Below are positions 35,801 to 48,333 of a stretch of DNA of 64,000 nucleotides, piece by piece (position 1 is the first letter of the stretch; each line of letters opens with the position of its first letter). A program made the translations under genes and the position numbers. Below the pieces are notes generated by a model. It had not been told where the DNA came from, searched no databases, and saw nothing but the letters and a program-made list of their open reading frames with translations. This DNA is from Rhizaria sp. SCN 62-66 (lineage: Eukaryota): NCBI GenBank assembly GCA_001724265.1, contig MEDY01000028.1, positions 1 through 64,000 of the forward strand, given 5' to 3'.

Positions 35801-38800
35801 CTGGTGAATCTGCCCGATGGCCTGCACGGCGCGCAGGTACGGCATCGCGAAGGGCGTGAGGTCGGACGCGCGCTGGCACACGGCTGCGAGCGCCATCACC
35901 AGCGTCGTCGGCGTGACTCCGACGACGCGTAGCGGCATGGCGCCGAAGAACTGCGCCAGCAGCAGCCCGCCCTCGACGCCCAGCGCGGGCTCCTCGTCCG
36001 CCGCGGCGTCGGCGGCCTCGAGCGCGGCGACGTAGTCCGCGTAGCCGTCGGGCGAGGCCATGGCGAAGGTCGAGGGATCGACTGCCGCGGGAGCGGGCGC
36101 GGAGAAGCCCCGCAGCGGCGCCGGCAGCGGCACGCGCGTGCGCAGTGAGGCGTGGAACTCGCTCGCGTGCGCCGCGGCACGCCACATCACGTAGTGGTAC
36201 AGTGACACCGGCAGCGGCAGCAGCTCGTGCGGCGTCGCCGGGAAGACGTTGGGCGTCAGGTCCATCGCTTGACGGACGGTCTGCATGATGCGGCGCGACC
36301 GCGCGGCCAGCAGCTCTGTGTCTGACGGCGGCATCACAGTGCCAGTTGCGGTCACATTCGCGTTCGCAGTCGCTGTCGTGGGGCCGGAGGCGGCGGTGAG
36401 CGGCAGAGTGCCCTGCGTGAGCAGGTGAGCGTACGTGTCCATCGACGCGCCCAGCAGCTGGGACGCAGACTCCGCGGCTGCTGCCGTTGCTGCCGTCGAT
36501 TTGGAGTCAGATAACGCGGAGAGCACGTCTGTGTCGCCGGCGCGGGCAGCCGCGCGGTGCGCGCGCAGCGCCGCGCGCGCGGGCCCGGCAGTGGCGCCGT
36601 ACTCGAGGTTGGCGACCGGGAAGCGGTCCGCAATGAAGGCCTCGCGCAGGTGCGGCAGCCCGACCGCGGGGTGGAACTCACGGCCCGCGGGCGGCGCGCC
36701 GGGCACAGAGCGGAGGTAGTCTGCGCGGCTCGCAATGTCGTGTTCGAGCGTGCGATGCAGCAGCACCCGCTGGAGCTCCGGGTCCACGTCCGCGTTGGCC
36801 TCGGCAAGCCCCGTGGACATGCGCTCGTCCTGCACGAGCGAGAAGAGCGGGCCCGCGGCCGCGCTGCGGCCAGAGGCGCCCCGGCCCGCGGCTCCACCCG
36901 CGCCGGTGCCGCGGCGGGACGCGGCGGGCCGGTCGTAGCGCAGCCCGCGCGGCGCGCCCGCGCCCGCGGACGACATCGCCGCCGCGGGCGTGGCTGTGGG
37001 AGACAGGGACGACGCCGCGCCGGGGCCGGGGGAGGAGACGCGCGCGAGGAGACGTGCCATGACGCGGTCGTGCGCGCGCGCGCTGTCGGCGAAGGCGAGG
37101 CGGCCCTGCGCCGTCTCCGCGGCGGCGGCGAGCGGTGAACGCTGCACGGCCGCAGTGAAGACGCTGCGCTCGCCCCAGCCCAGCCCCCACTCGGCGATCG
37201 CCGTGGCGACGGGGTCGGCGTCAGCGGAGCTCGCGGCCATAGTCGGGGGGCGGGCGACGAGGGCGCGGATGCCGAGCAGCGCGAGCGAGCGCGCGCTGGA
37301 GCGGGTGAGCGACGTCACCCGCGCCGCGCCGGCAAGCGTGGTCAGCGCCGCCGCGGGCGTGTGCGTCACGCCGCCAGTCTGAGCCGCGGCGGACTGCGCA
37401 GACGTTGCTGTGGAGGGGGCGGCGTCCGCGGTGTCGTCCTCGAAAAGGGCGGCGTAGCTCTGGAGCCCGGCCTGGCCCGTGGAGCCCGAGAGCAGGCGTT
37501 CAACGCCGCTCCGGTCCGCGCCTTCGCGGTCAGCGCGCAGACCGAGTCGACCGACTGTGAGCCCTTCGAGCCCCAGCAGGCCCTCGGTGCTGGCCGTCGT
37601 GGCGCCCGTGGAGGCGCGCGCGGAGCCGGTGAGCCCCGAGGCCGCGTTGGCGGCGGCGTTGGCGACGTCGGCGTCGGGGCCTGTGGCCTTAAAGCGCGCG
37701 CGCGCCGTGGACAGCGCCATGAGCGTGCCATCGACCAGCACCACGGCCTCGAACGACCGCGCCGTGGTCCACATCGACGGCAGGAACACGGCGTGCGAGA
37801 GCGGTGAGCGCCGGTCCAGCTCGGCCAGCGACAGCGCCAGTGCTTCGGGCACCGTCGTTGTGTAGACCGAGGCAAGCAGCCGGCCCAGGCACGACGAGCG
37901 CGAGAGCTCGACGTACCGCGGGATCGTCACCGGCGTCGACGGGTTCTCGAAGTTGGCCTCGACGATGCGCTGCGTGAGCGGGTCCAGCAGCGACGCCAGT
38001 GCGTTGCGCGACGCGGGCACCGCCGCGGCGCGCGGGTCGGGCCGCGTGAAGCCCTGCGTCCAGCGCGAGAGCGCGTCGACGGTGCCGCGCGCAGTCTGCA
38101 CGCGCGGGTCGTGCCGCACGCGCGTCGCGTTGAGCAGGTACGGCGACTCGGACGCGTGCGTAGACCGGGCCCAGGCCGAGGCGTTGCGGGCGGCGTCGGG
38201 GTCCTCGCTCTCGGCAGCCGCGAGCTGCTCGAACACGAGCGGCGTCGCGGCCACGGGCGACGCCTGCGACAGCACGTCGCCGAGCACCACGGCGGAACAC
38301 ACGGGCAGCGTGCCCGCGTCGCCCGCGCGCCGGTCGCGCGGCGAGCTCGACTTGCGTGCCTCCGCGGCGGCTTCCATGACGTCGGGCGGGACGAAGTTGA
38401 TCATCACGGCATCGCGCACGGCGTCGGCGATCGAATTTAGCGGCGCCAGCGGGTGCGCGGCCAGCAGCGACTCGGCGTAGCGCACGTACGCCGGGTCCTG
38501 TGCGGCGCGCGAGTAGGCGTACATGACGTGCTCGTGCGACAGCGCCCAGCGCGGCGTCGACGCGAAGACGATCGCCAGCAGCGCCTGCGGCGTGCGGGGC
38601 CGCGCGTAGGCCAGTCCGCAGTCGGAGTACTCGAGCGGCAGCGTCGACGGCGCCAGCGCCGCCGACTAGGACGAGGACGAGGACGCAGTCACTGCAGCAG
38701 CAGCGGCCGCAGCACTGGCACCACCAGCAGCGCCAGCGTCGGGAGTCGAATTTGCGGGGCTGTCGTTCTCGCTGCCAGTGCCGTTGCCGCCGCTGCCGAG

Positions 38801-41800
38801 GTTGTTGTTGCTATTGCCGCTGCGCGAGCGCGCTGCGAGCGTGAAGTGGTGCGAGCACCCGTCAACAACGGCGATGCGCGGCGTGTCAACGTCGTCAGTC
38901 TTCTGACGCCGCTCCTCGACGAAGTCCTCCAGGTCTTGATAACGCGCGAATGCCTTTGTGGCGGCCAAGCCGCGCACGCCGCCCGAGGCCGCGTTGAGCG
39001 CGTTGATCACATCGTCGTCGCCCTCATCATCGGCCTCGGTGCCCGCGGCACCACTGGTGGGCGCGTTGCCCGACTCACCCGCAGTCACGGGGGCCAGATC
39101 ACCCGCGCCGCTGCTGCGCGACGTTTCGTTGATGCTCTTGCGCATCGCGTCCATGGTGCGCATCATCACCAGCGGGTCTGGCAGGTCCTCGAGCCGCAAT
39201 CGAGGCAGGAAGCGCGAGCCCGCCAGCAGCGGCGCCAGCGCGCGCGCCGACGTCGCCGCGCGGGCCTCTGCGGCGGCCATCGTCCGCGACTCAGCCTCGG
39301 TCGCAACTGCCTCACGAAGGTCCTCGAGCATGGGTCCGTTGAGCACGGCGTCGAGCGGGGTCTCCTTGACGTCCAAGTCGGCGGCGGCCGCGCGCGCGGC
39401 GTTGGCGCGCACCGCGGCGGCAAGCAGCGGCGACGGGGCCGAGTTGTCGACGTACGGCGACTGGAAGTATGCCGCCATATCGGCGTCGTCCTGCAGTGTC
39501 CAGTCCATGCTGAGCGAGTCGGTCAGCCCGAGCGCGTGCGCGCGCGCAGCAACCGCCGCGAGCGCGGGCGCGTCGCCCACCACGGCCGCAGCGCGCAGCA
39601 GCGCCGAGAGCGTGGCAGCAAGGAACGGCACGTGATACAGCTCATCGTTGGCGCGCGCCGCCGAAAAGGCCTTGTCCTGGCCCAGGCAGAGGTCGAGCGC
39701 GTAGAGCATGTCGCCCACGGTGTTGACGCCCGCGTCGCGCGCCTCGCGGGCGGACACGCGGCGTCGGTGCGACGCCGCGCCGCCATAGTTACATGCTGTG
39801 GCGCTGTGCACGCGCGACGCCTGCGCACGCAGCGCGGCGCGCGCCTTGGTCTCGAACACACCGGCGACGGCGCCCGGCGCTGAGACAGTCGCGGTCGCGG
39901 CCGTGGCCGTCGCGGCGGCGGGGACGCGGGCCGCGGCCCAGGCGACGTGTGCGGAGGCCGGATGGTGGAATTCGGTTACGCGGACGAGGTCGAGGAAGTG
40001 CGCGACGTCCTCGCCCAGCGTCAACTGCGCTCGCAGCGCCGGGGGCAATAGCGCGGGCATGCCGGTCGCCAGCGCGGGCGCGTCGGCAGCCACAGACGAC
40101 GACGACGAGGACGAGGCAGCTGCAGCAGCGGCGTCAGCGGTGTGCGCGGCGCGCGCGGTACCCGTGGCGACAGCGCGGAACGCGTCGATAGCGACGCGCC
40201 AGACCGCGTCGGCGACCAGAGGCAGGTCCTCGCGCGCGGTGCCGGCGAGCGCGAGCGCGATGGCGGCGGGCGAGGCGAGCAGCAGCGGGTGCGCAGGCAC
40301 GGCCGGCGCCGGCGCGACGGGGATGTCTGCGTAGCTGCGCGCGCGCTGTCCGCCGCGGTCGCCGCCTCGGCGCACCTCGGCGACGGTGACTGTGCGCGTG
40401 CCGACGACGGTGCTGTTGGCGCTGCTGACGGCGTTTGCGGTGCCTGCGGCGCCCGCGAGCAGTTGCCCGCTCGTCTGCGCGTCCTCCGCAAAGCACGCGG
40501 CCATATCGACAGCGAAGCGTGCGGCTGCGGATCCCGCGAGCGCGACCTCGAGCCTTTTCTGCGCGGGGCCCTCGGCGAGCCCGACGGCGCGCGCGATGAC
40601 GGGGCGCATGGCGGGCAGACCGGCGGCCAAGGCCAGCAGACCGGGCGCCGCCTCGAAGCCCGCCACGGGCGCGCCGTACAGAGCGGGGTTCACGCCGCCG
40701 GCGGGCGAGTCGCCCTTAAGGCCGCCGGAGGCTGCTCCTGCTGCTGTGTCGGCTGCTGCTGTGGCAGAAGGGAGTCCGCCGCGCGGGAGGCGGGCGAGGT
40801 GGGCAGCGGGGTAGTGCGCCGCGAGAGCAAGCATCACGGCCGCGTCGGCTGCACGCGCCGTCGCGCCCTCATCACACCGGCTCGCACTTGCACTGGGACT
40901 GGCGCCCGCGCCGGCGCCGGAGGACAGAGTGGCGTGGGGCTCGGCGGCAGCGACGGCGATGGCGAGCGCGGCGCGCGCTGACGGGGCCACGCCACCGATA
41001 GCGAAACAGGGCCGCGCCGCCGAGTCGGGCGCGAAACCAGACTGGGAGAGCGCAGACAGCACGCGCGACGACGCGCCGGGCAGCGCAGCCGCGGCCGCGG
41101 AAGACTTGGACTGGGAGAAGTCCGCCGCCGCAGCGCTCTCTGTGGCGCTGGCGCTCTCTGACGGTGTCGGTGTGGAGGTGGAGAAGGTGACTGACCAGTC
41201 GTCGAAGCCGGCCGAGGCAGCCAGGCCCTGCGCGTCCGAGTCAGCCGCAGCAGTCGACGCAGCCGCCGCTGGAGCAGCAGCAGCAGCAGCAGCAGCGGAG
41301 GATGATGATGAGGGCCCGATCACAGTCGCCGGCGCGGTCGCAGGCGCGAAGGCCGCCGACGACGGTGCGTGCATACTGACGAGCACGCTGACCTCTGCCT
41401 CCGCGGCTGCTGCAATGGCGGCTTGCCAGGCGCGGTACCGAGCGTCGGCGCGCAGGTGCAACAGGCACGCCGCGTCGGCCCACAGCAGCGGCCGCGCTTC
41501 ACGGGGGCTCTGCGCTGCGGCCGCCGCGGGAGACGACGACGCAGAGAACGCGTCGGTGGATGTTGTGGAGTTCGAGGCAGAGGCGGAGTCCGGGGAAGCG
41601 TGCGTGACTGCGCCTGCGCGCATGGCTGTGTTGGCGGCAACCTCGTACCCGGCGTCGCGCGTCACAATCACCACGCCAGCGCCTGCGTCCGCCCCGTCCA
41701 AGCCCTCTGGCGCGCGGAGCGTCGCGCGCAGCGTGGGATGCCAGGGCTCGGCCGCGGTCGCGCCCAGTCCGAGCTAGACCGAGAGCGCGCGGTTCAGCCG

Positions 41801-42910
41801 CGTCGCGCGCTCCGCGTGGCCGGGCCGCGCCAGCTCCTCGGCCTGCAGCCGCGGGCGGGGCGCGCCCAGGTCCGCGGCCGAGGCCGGGACGGGCGGCATG
41901 GCGTAGTGCAGGCGCGCGCGGGTGAGCCCCGCGGCCGAGACCAACGGCGACGACGACGCGGCGACCTCAGCGAGGGCGGCGTCGACGTCGCCGTAGTCGC
42001 CAGCAGCGGCGGCGGCGGAGGTGGTGGCGGCCAGGTGGCGCTGCGCGACCGTGTCCAAGGGGTCCGTGGGAGACAGGTGACCGAACATATGGCCACCGGA
42101 GACGCTGTCCGCGGCGAAGGCGGCGGCGGCGGCGGTGGCGGCGTTGGGAGGGCGGCGGCCGAGGTGCCCGGAGCTGAAAGATGCGGGGGTCGCTTCGGAG
42201 GCATGTGCCCAGCGCCAGCCGCGGCCAGCGCCCGGGCCGCCGGTCTAAGCAGCTGCGTCTGAGAGAGCTCTGGGATCAGCATTTTCGTTGTCATCGCCGT
42301 CGTTAGTGTTGTTGCTGCGCTCACCGTGCGTCGCTGTGGTTGCCGCGGGGTCAGCGGCGGCAAATGCGGCGGCGTCGTAGGGGCGCGTGGCGTAATCGGG
42401 ACCGTCGAAGTCGTCGTAGTCGGCGGCGGAGCGCATGACGCCGTCCTGAGAGTCCGCAGTGTACATGAGATTGGTCAGCGGGGGAACTGCGTGCGAGCGG
42501 TCTGCAGCGCTGTGGTGGTCGTCGGTCGCGAGCGTGGAGGGCGCGCTGAGAGCGTCAAGGTCAAGACTCGAGCGGCGCATGACGTAGAAGGACTTGTTAA
42601 GCTTGCCTGTCTTGATCGTGTCTTCGAGATCAAAGCGTGCCTGGAGCAGAGTAAGCTGCTCCAGAGTTGCCCACTCCTCCTTAGTCATGCTCATCGACCG
42701 GTGCGCGGCCGATGCAATCTGTGAGTATTCGCGCTCGGCGCTGCTAGTCGACGGGGTGATCGGAGAGCGCGTGGAGGCGTCGCTGGGCGCGGGCGCAGAG
42801 ACCGCAGATGGTAGTGAAGACGCGGTTGTGTTTCCTGCGGCGGTGAGCGCGGAAGCTCGCACGCGGCGCCGAAGACGGGCCAGGCAGGGACCCGAACGCG
42901 GCGTTAACAT
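32894..42910 (-). CDS. Giant (~3338 aa) PPR-containing, probably mitochondrial protein; 3 in-frame TAG codons
   Basis: ORFs 42245-42910, 41774-42088, 38666-41701 and 32894-38524 are one frame, joined across TAGs at 42245, 41774 and 38666 and ending in TAA. The N-terminus is Arg-rich and presequence-like. 35-aa-spaced PPR-like repeats (SFYNMWIAFHARNCDVARLRHSVQTMTSYGHAVHA / NTATVIMQAALRHNDPDLAITIF) lie near 34830-35110. Confidence 0.7.
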
Positions 42911-43580
42911 ACCGGTCTAAAAGGGGCAAGCGGGTGATTGCATGCAAACGCGGATGTATGGACAAGGGGGACATGAGTGAGCGAGGTGCGGAGTGGGGAG
43001 GACGATAGACCGCAAACTCAGAGGAACGGCAGAAAGAATTGAAATCACAACAATAGAAGAAATTCCCCAGAAAGATGATATAACAACACATTAAGTTTGG
43101 CAGCTTTATATAACATATGTAAATTAGATATATATCTACGAAGACTGCATCTCACAAGCAATGCAGTAAGTACTCCAGCCTCCGCACCGTGGGTGGTGCA
43201 GCGATTGTGCCGAGTCCCGGCTGCAAACCACGCCGGTCTGACACCCAGTCATCTGCTCTCGCATGCTTAAGTCCGAATGACGGGCAAAGGCAAAGTTTCA
43301 TCGACCATTACAGATTAATAAAGACAATAGAACGTGTCAGTTGTTTAATTTTGCGAATTTATTTCTCACATGTGTTGTTCATATGCGAGCTATCATGCAT
43401 CTTGATCATCGTGGATACGCGTCATTATGTGTTTGTGTTATTTGTTTTTGGAAGCAGAGACTAGCGTATCGATCAGCATCCTATCTTTCTCATTGCTATT
43501 TTCAATTACCCAATTTCATCATCATCGTCAAAACTCCTCCTCCTAACCTAGAGTTGTCCTCCGAACGTAACAAAGCAGTT

Positions 43581-43612
43581 TGACTAGACTCGAGTATGAC
43601 TAGACTCGAGTA
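43581..43612. repeat. 16-bp direct tandem duplication in the ValRS 3' region
   Basis: TGACTAGACTCGAGTA x2. Confidence 0.8.
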
Positions 43613-43633
43613 TTAAAGTACTGGTCGAGTTAC

Positions 43634-46019
43634 TTACTCGAGCTTGGCGAGCTCCTCCTTGAGCGCAGCCTGCGCGTCGCGGATGGGGAGATACTGGAGG
43701 CGGATGCTGGTGATGTTGGCCTCGGTCTTGTTAGGCTTCTTCTTCTCCCCCTCGGGGTTCTCGGCCTCCGCAGCCGCGGCGGCAGCGACGGCGGGGTCAA
43801 CCGCGAGGATGGCCGGGATGTCGGCCTCCTTGACGCCGTTCTTCTCGAACATGCGCGCGAGACGACCCAGCTCAGCATCGAGGTCGGCGATCTTGGCCGC
43901 GAGGTACTTTCCGCGGGGCACAACCTTGGTGAAGTCGTCGATCGAGCCCTGGAGCAGGCCCATCTCGCCCTGCAGCGCGGCGAGGCGCTCAGAGTTTTTG
44001 GCGCGGATCTCGGCCTTGCAGTTGGCGTACGTGGGGCTCGCCATGAGCGCCTCGAGCGTCTGGCACTGCTGCTGCAGCTCGCGGTGCTTGCGCTCAGCCT
44101 TGACCAGCTCTGCAACGGTATCCACGAGCCCCTCGACGACGAGGAAAAGCTGGATGTCAGACGAGACGACGACGGACATGCAGCCCGACACGGGGACAGT
44201 GGCCGCGGCGGCGTCGGCCATGATGGCCTTGACGGTGTCGGTGAAGGACAGCGTGGCGATGTTGCGCGCCTCCTTGTTGACGAGCGCGGCGACGGCGGCC
44301 GTCTTGGTCGAGACGAACACAGGCGGCTTCTGCGCGTTCTTAAGGTTCACGGACGCCTTGGCGGCGCGGAGGGCGCCGACGATCGTGTCGATGAGCGCCA
44401 TGTCGGCCTCGGCCTCGGGGGAGTAGAACTCCTGCGTCACGGCCGGGACGGGGTAGGGCGCGACCATGATGGAGCCCGAGAGCACGCGCTTGTCGGCGAC
44501 GGCCGCGCCCCCGGCGGTGGCGATGCGGGCCGCCGTGCGCTCGGCGTGACCCGGGAGGCGGTGCCAGAGCTCCTCGGTGACGAAGGGCATCATCGGGTGC
44601 AGCGCGCGCAGGATCGTGTCGATGCAGTAGAAGAGCACGGCGAGGTGCGACTGCGCAGAGAGCTTGTCGGCGTCGGTGCTGGTCTCGTCGATGCGGACGA
44701 CGGGCTTGATCATCTCGAGGTAGCGCGAGCACAGCTCATCGACGAAGAAGCTCTGCACGGCCTCGGTCGCATCGCCGAACACGTAGTTGGTGAAAGCGTT
44801 GTCGACGACGAGGAGAGCGTTGTGGAGACGGGACAGGATCCACGCCTGCGCGGTCGAAGCGCCACCGGCGGCGGCCATCTGGGCCACGAGCTCGGCGTTG
44901 CTGTTGGGGGCCGCGAAGTCGGCGGGGAAGTTGCGGAGCGCGAAGCGCGTGGCCTGCCACATCTTGTTGCAGAATGTGCGCGCGACGACCAGGCGGTTGA
45001 TGTCGAGGTTGATGTCGGTGCCCTGGCGCGTGTAGGCGAGCAGACCGAAGCGGAGTGCGTCGGCGCCGCACTGTGAGATGCCGTTGGGGAAATCCGCGGC
45101 CTGGTTGGCCTGCGCCTTGAGCACCTCGGCGGGGTCGAGGTTGCCATTCTCGAGCGTGGCCTGCAGCGCCTGGAGCGAGATGCCGTAGACGACGTCGAGC
45201 GGGTCGATGACGTTGCCAAGCGACTTAGACATCTTGCGACCGATGCGGTCACGCACGAGCGTGTGCAGGTACACCGTGGTGAAGGGCAGCTTGTCCGTCA
45301 GTTCGAGCGACATCATGACCATGCGCGCGACCCAGAAGAAGAGGATGTCGGAGCCCGTCTCGAGGAGGTGGCCGGGGAAGTAGCGCGCGAGGTCCGACGA
45401 CTGGGTGGGCCAGCCCATGACGGAGAAAGGGAAGAGACCGGAGGAGAACCACGTGTCGAGCACGTCAGGGTCCTGCTCCAGACGCAGCGCCTCGCCGGGG
45501 AAGCGCTCGGCGGCGAGCTTCTCGGCGGCCTCAAGCGAGGACGCGATGACCCAGCGGTTCATATCCTCCTCGGCCGCTGACGAATCGGCGCCGGCAGGGT
45601 GGGCGTAGTAGGCCGGGATGCGGTGGCCCCACCAGAGCTGGCGCGAGATGCACCAGTCCTGGATGTTGTCGAGCCACGAGTACCACGTCTTCTCGAACTG
45701 CGCGGGCACGATGGCGAGCTCCTTGTTGCGGACAGCGTCGGCGGAGCGCTTGGCCATGTCGTCGCACTTGACCCACCACTGGGGGCGAATGATCGGCTCC
45801 ACAATATCCTTGGAACGCGAGCAGAGACCGATCGACATGGGATTGTTGGCCTTGCCGCGGTACAGCCCGGCGGCCTCGAGGTCGGCGATGATCTTCTCGC
45901 GGCACTCATAGCGGTGCTGGCCGGCGTAGGGGCCGGAGTTGGAGTTCATGTAGCCGCGGTCGTCGAGGATGTTGATGCGCGGCAGCGAGTTGCGCTCGCC
46001 GCAGAGGAAATCGTTGGGG

Positions 46020-46050
<31 letters not shown>

Positions 46051-47365
46051 TGCCGAACTCGGGCTTGACCAGCACTGCGTCCTCGACGACCGTGACGATA
46101 CGGTCCGCGACGAAGGGGTGGACGAGCTGCTTGCCGACGAGGTGCTTATAGCGCTCGTCGCCCGGGTACACGGCGACGGCGACGTCGCCGAGCATCGTCT
46201 CGATACGCGTGGTCGCGACGACGATCTCCTCGCCCGTGGGGGAGTCCTTGACCTTGTAGGCGAACGAGTGGATGACGCCGACCTCGACGGGGCGCGGGAA
46301 GCCGGGCACCTTAAGCATGGTGGAGCCCTCAACGTCGACGTGGTCGACCTCGATGGACGAGATGGCGGAGCGCAGCGCGCACGACCACGACACGATGCGG
46401 TTCGCGCGGTAGATAAGCTGCTTGGCGTGCATGCGCGTGAATGCCTCCTGGACGGCGGCGGCGCACATGTCGTCCATGGTGAAGCGGTGGCGCGACCAGT
46501 CAACCGAAGCGCCGATCTGGCGCACCTGATCCTGGATGCGGTCGCCGTACTGGTCCTTCCACTTCCACACGGCCTCGACAAAGGCCTCGCGGCCCAGGTC
46601 GTGGCGCGACTTGCCCTCGGTGCGCGCGAGCTGCTTCTCGACAACAACCTGCGTAGCAATGCCGGCGTGGTCGAGTCCGGGCACCCAGAGCGTCGACTTG
46701 CCGTTCATGCGGTTCCAGCGCACAACGGAGTCCTGGATGGCGACCGTGAGCGCGTGGCCTAGGTGGAGCGAGCCGGTGACGTTGGGTGGCGGGAGAACGA
46801 TGACGAACTTCTCGTCCTTGGTCTCGTCGGGCTTGTACAGGTCGTGGGCCTCCCAGAACGCGTCCCAGGTCGACTCAACAACGCTGGGGTCGTAGGCGTC
46901 GGCCATGGGCTCGGAAAAGTCCTTCTTGGTGCCCTTGGGGACCGAGGTGACGTAGCGCGTGGTGACGTCGCCGAACTGGGCGGCGCCCTTCTCCTTCTTC
47001 GGAGCAGCGGTGGACATGGGGTGAGCGGTGGGGAAACTGAGTGCGGAACGCAGCAGTGCACTGGGCTTGGGCGCAGAAAGAAAAGACTTAACGGCGCTGG
47101 GGGAAGCACGCGAGAAGCCTTGAAGGGAAACGGGGGTGAAGCTACTACTGTTGCGTGTCGGGACAGCAAAAACGGTAACTGGAGCAGCGGGAACAGCAGC
47201 GGCAGAGGCGGCGGCGGTGCGGGAACGGGAAAGAGAAGAAACAGAAGAGGAGAAACACAACGGTGAGGCCAGGGAAAGAGTAGTTGAGTGACGTGAGCCG
47301 AGGGTCAACAACAGATTCCTTGCAGCACTGGTGATTCGGCTACTGCGCTTCGCAACTGAGAGCAT
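43634..47365 (-). CDS. VARS: Valyl-tRNA synthetase with an N-terminal mitochondrial-type extension (second ATG at 47017)
   Basis: PPPNVTGSLHLGHAL (HIGH), WCISRQLWWGHRIP, DVLDTWFSS and KMSKSLGN (KMSKS). TAA stop. Confidence 0.97.
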
Positions 47366-48333
47366 ACACAGCGGGCACAAGCGCCGAAGTGAAGTCTGAG
47401 CGGAACAGACACAGAATAAGGAACAGGTGGATTGAAGCTGTGATTAGACAACGGCATTGAAAATGCGATGCACGCCAAGACACAGGCCTTTGAGCCCAGA
47501 AGCAGCTGCGCAACACCAACAACAGCGGGCGGGGGAACCGCCCAAGCCGAAACCAATTTCACACTCAAGCACAGCGAATCTCAACACAAGATAATGGAGC
47601 TGAACAGAACACGTGTGCGTATAACAAATAAAAGAAGCGATAAGTCAAGATAACACCACATGGAGGCACTGCATGATCGACAAAACCTGGCCGAAACGCA
47701 CTCCAGCCGGTCCGCCTCGGTGAGGACAATTTTGTGGCTGACAAAACACTGACCGCCCAGCCGGTACCGAAAAAAAATTATTCACGCTTCGTCAAGCGTT
47801 CGTTTTCTCCCAATTGGTCTCCTGTGACAATGCGGTCACAATATTATGTGGTCTTCTTTAAATGTGCACATCACGTATTATTATATGCGCTGTCTATTTG
47901 AATTTTTTATCTGCGCTGTTTTTCACCTGCACTTCGGATTTCCGCTTGACTCGTCAACGCTCCGTTGCATATCATGCTGTTCGCGTTTGTCAGTTCGCGG
48001 AGCCCTACTTCGCCCAGATGGCTTATGGCGAAGGCGCGCTCCAGAAAAAAAAATAAAAAAAAATTAGAGTGACAGTAAGCACAGATCCACCAGTTCCGGC
48101 ATTGCAATGAAATTGTGTGAGTGCATGACATGATATGACATGGAGACACGATATTATCGTGTGACGACGCTCTATGATAGATGAAATAAACGTGTCGTAT
48201 ATAAAGCTTATTCGTTGTCGTTCGATACAAAGATTGTAATTGTATTATAATTTAACGTTAGTTTAAAGCAGAGAACTGAGAAATAAAGTAATATGTGTTC
48301 CACTAGTGAGCTGCGAGGTTTTTGCGATGACTC

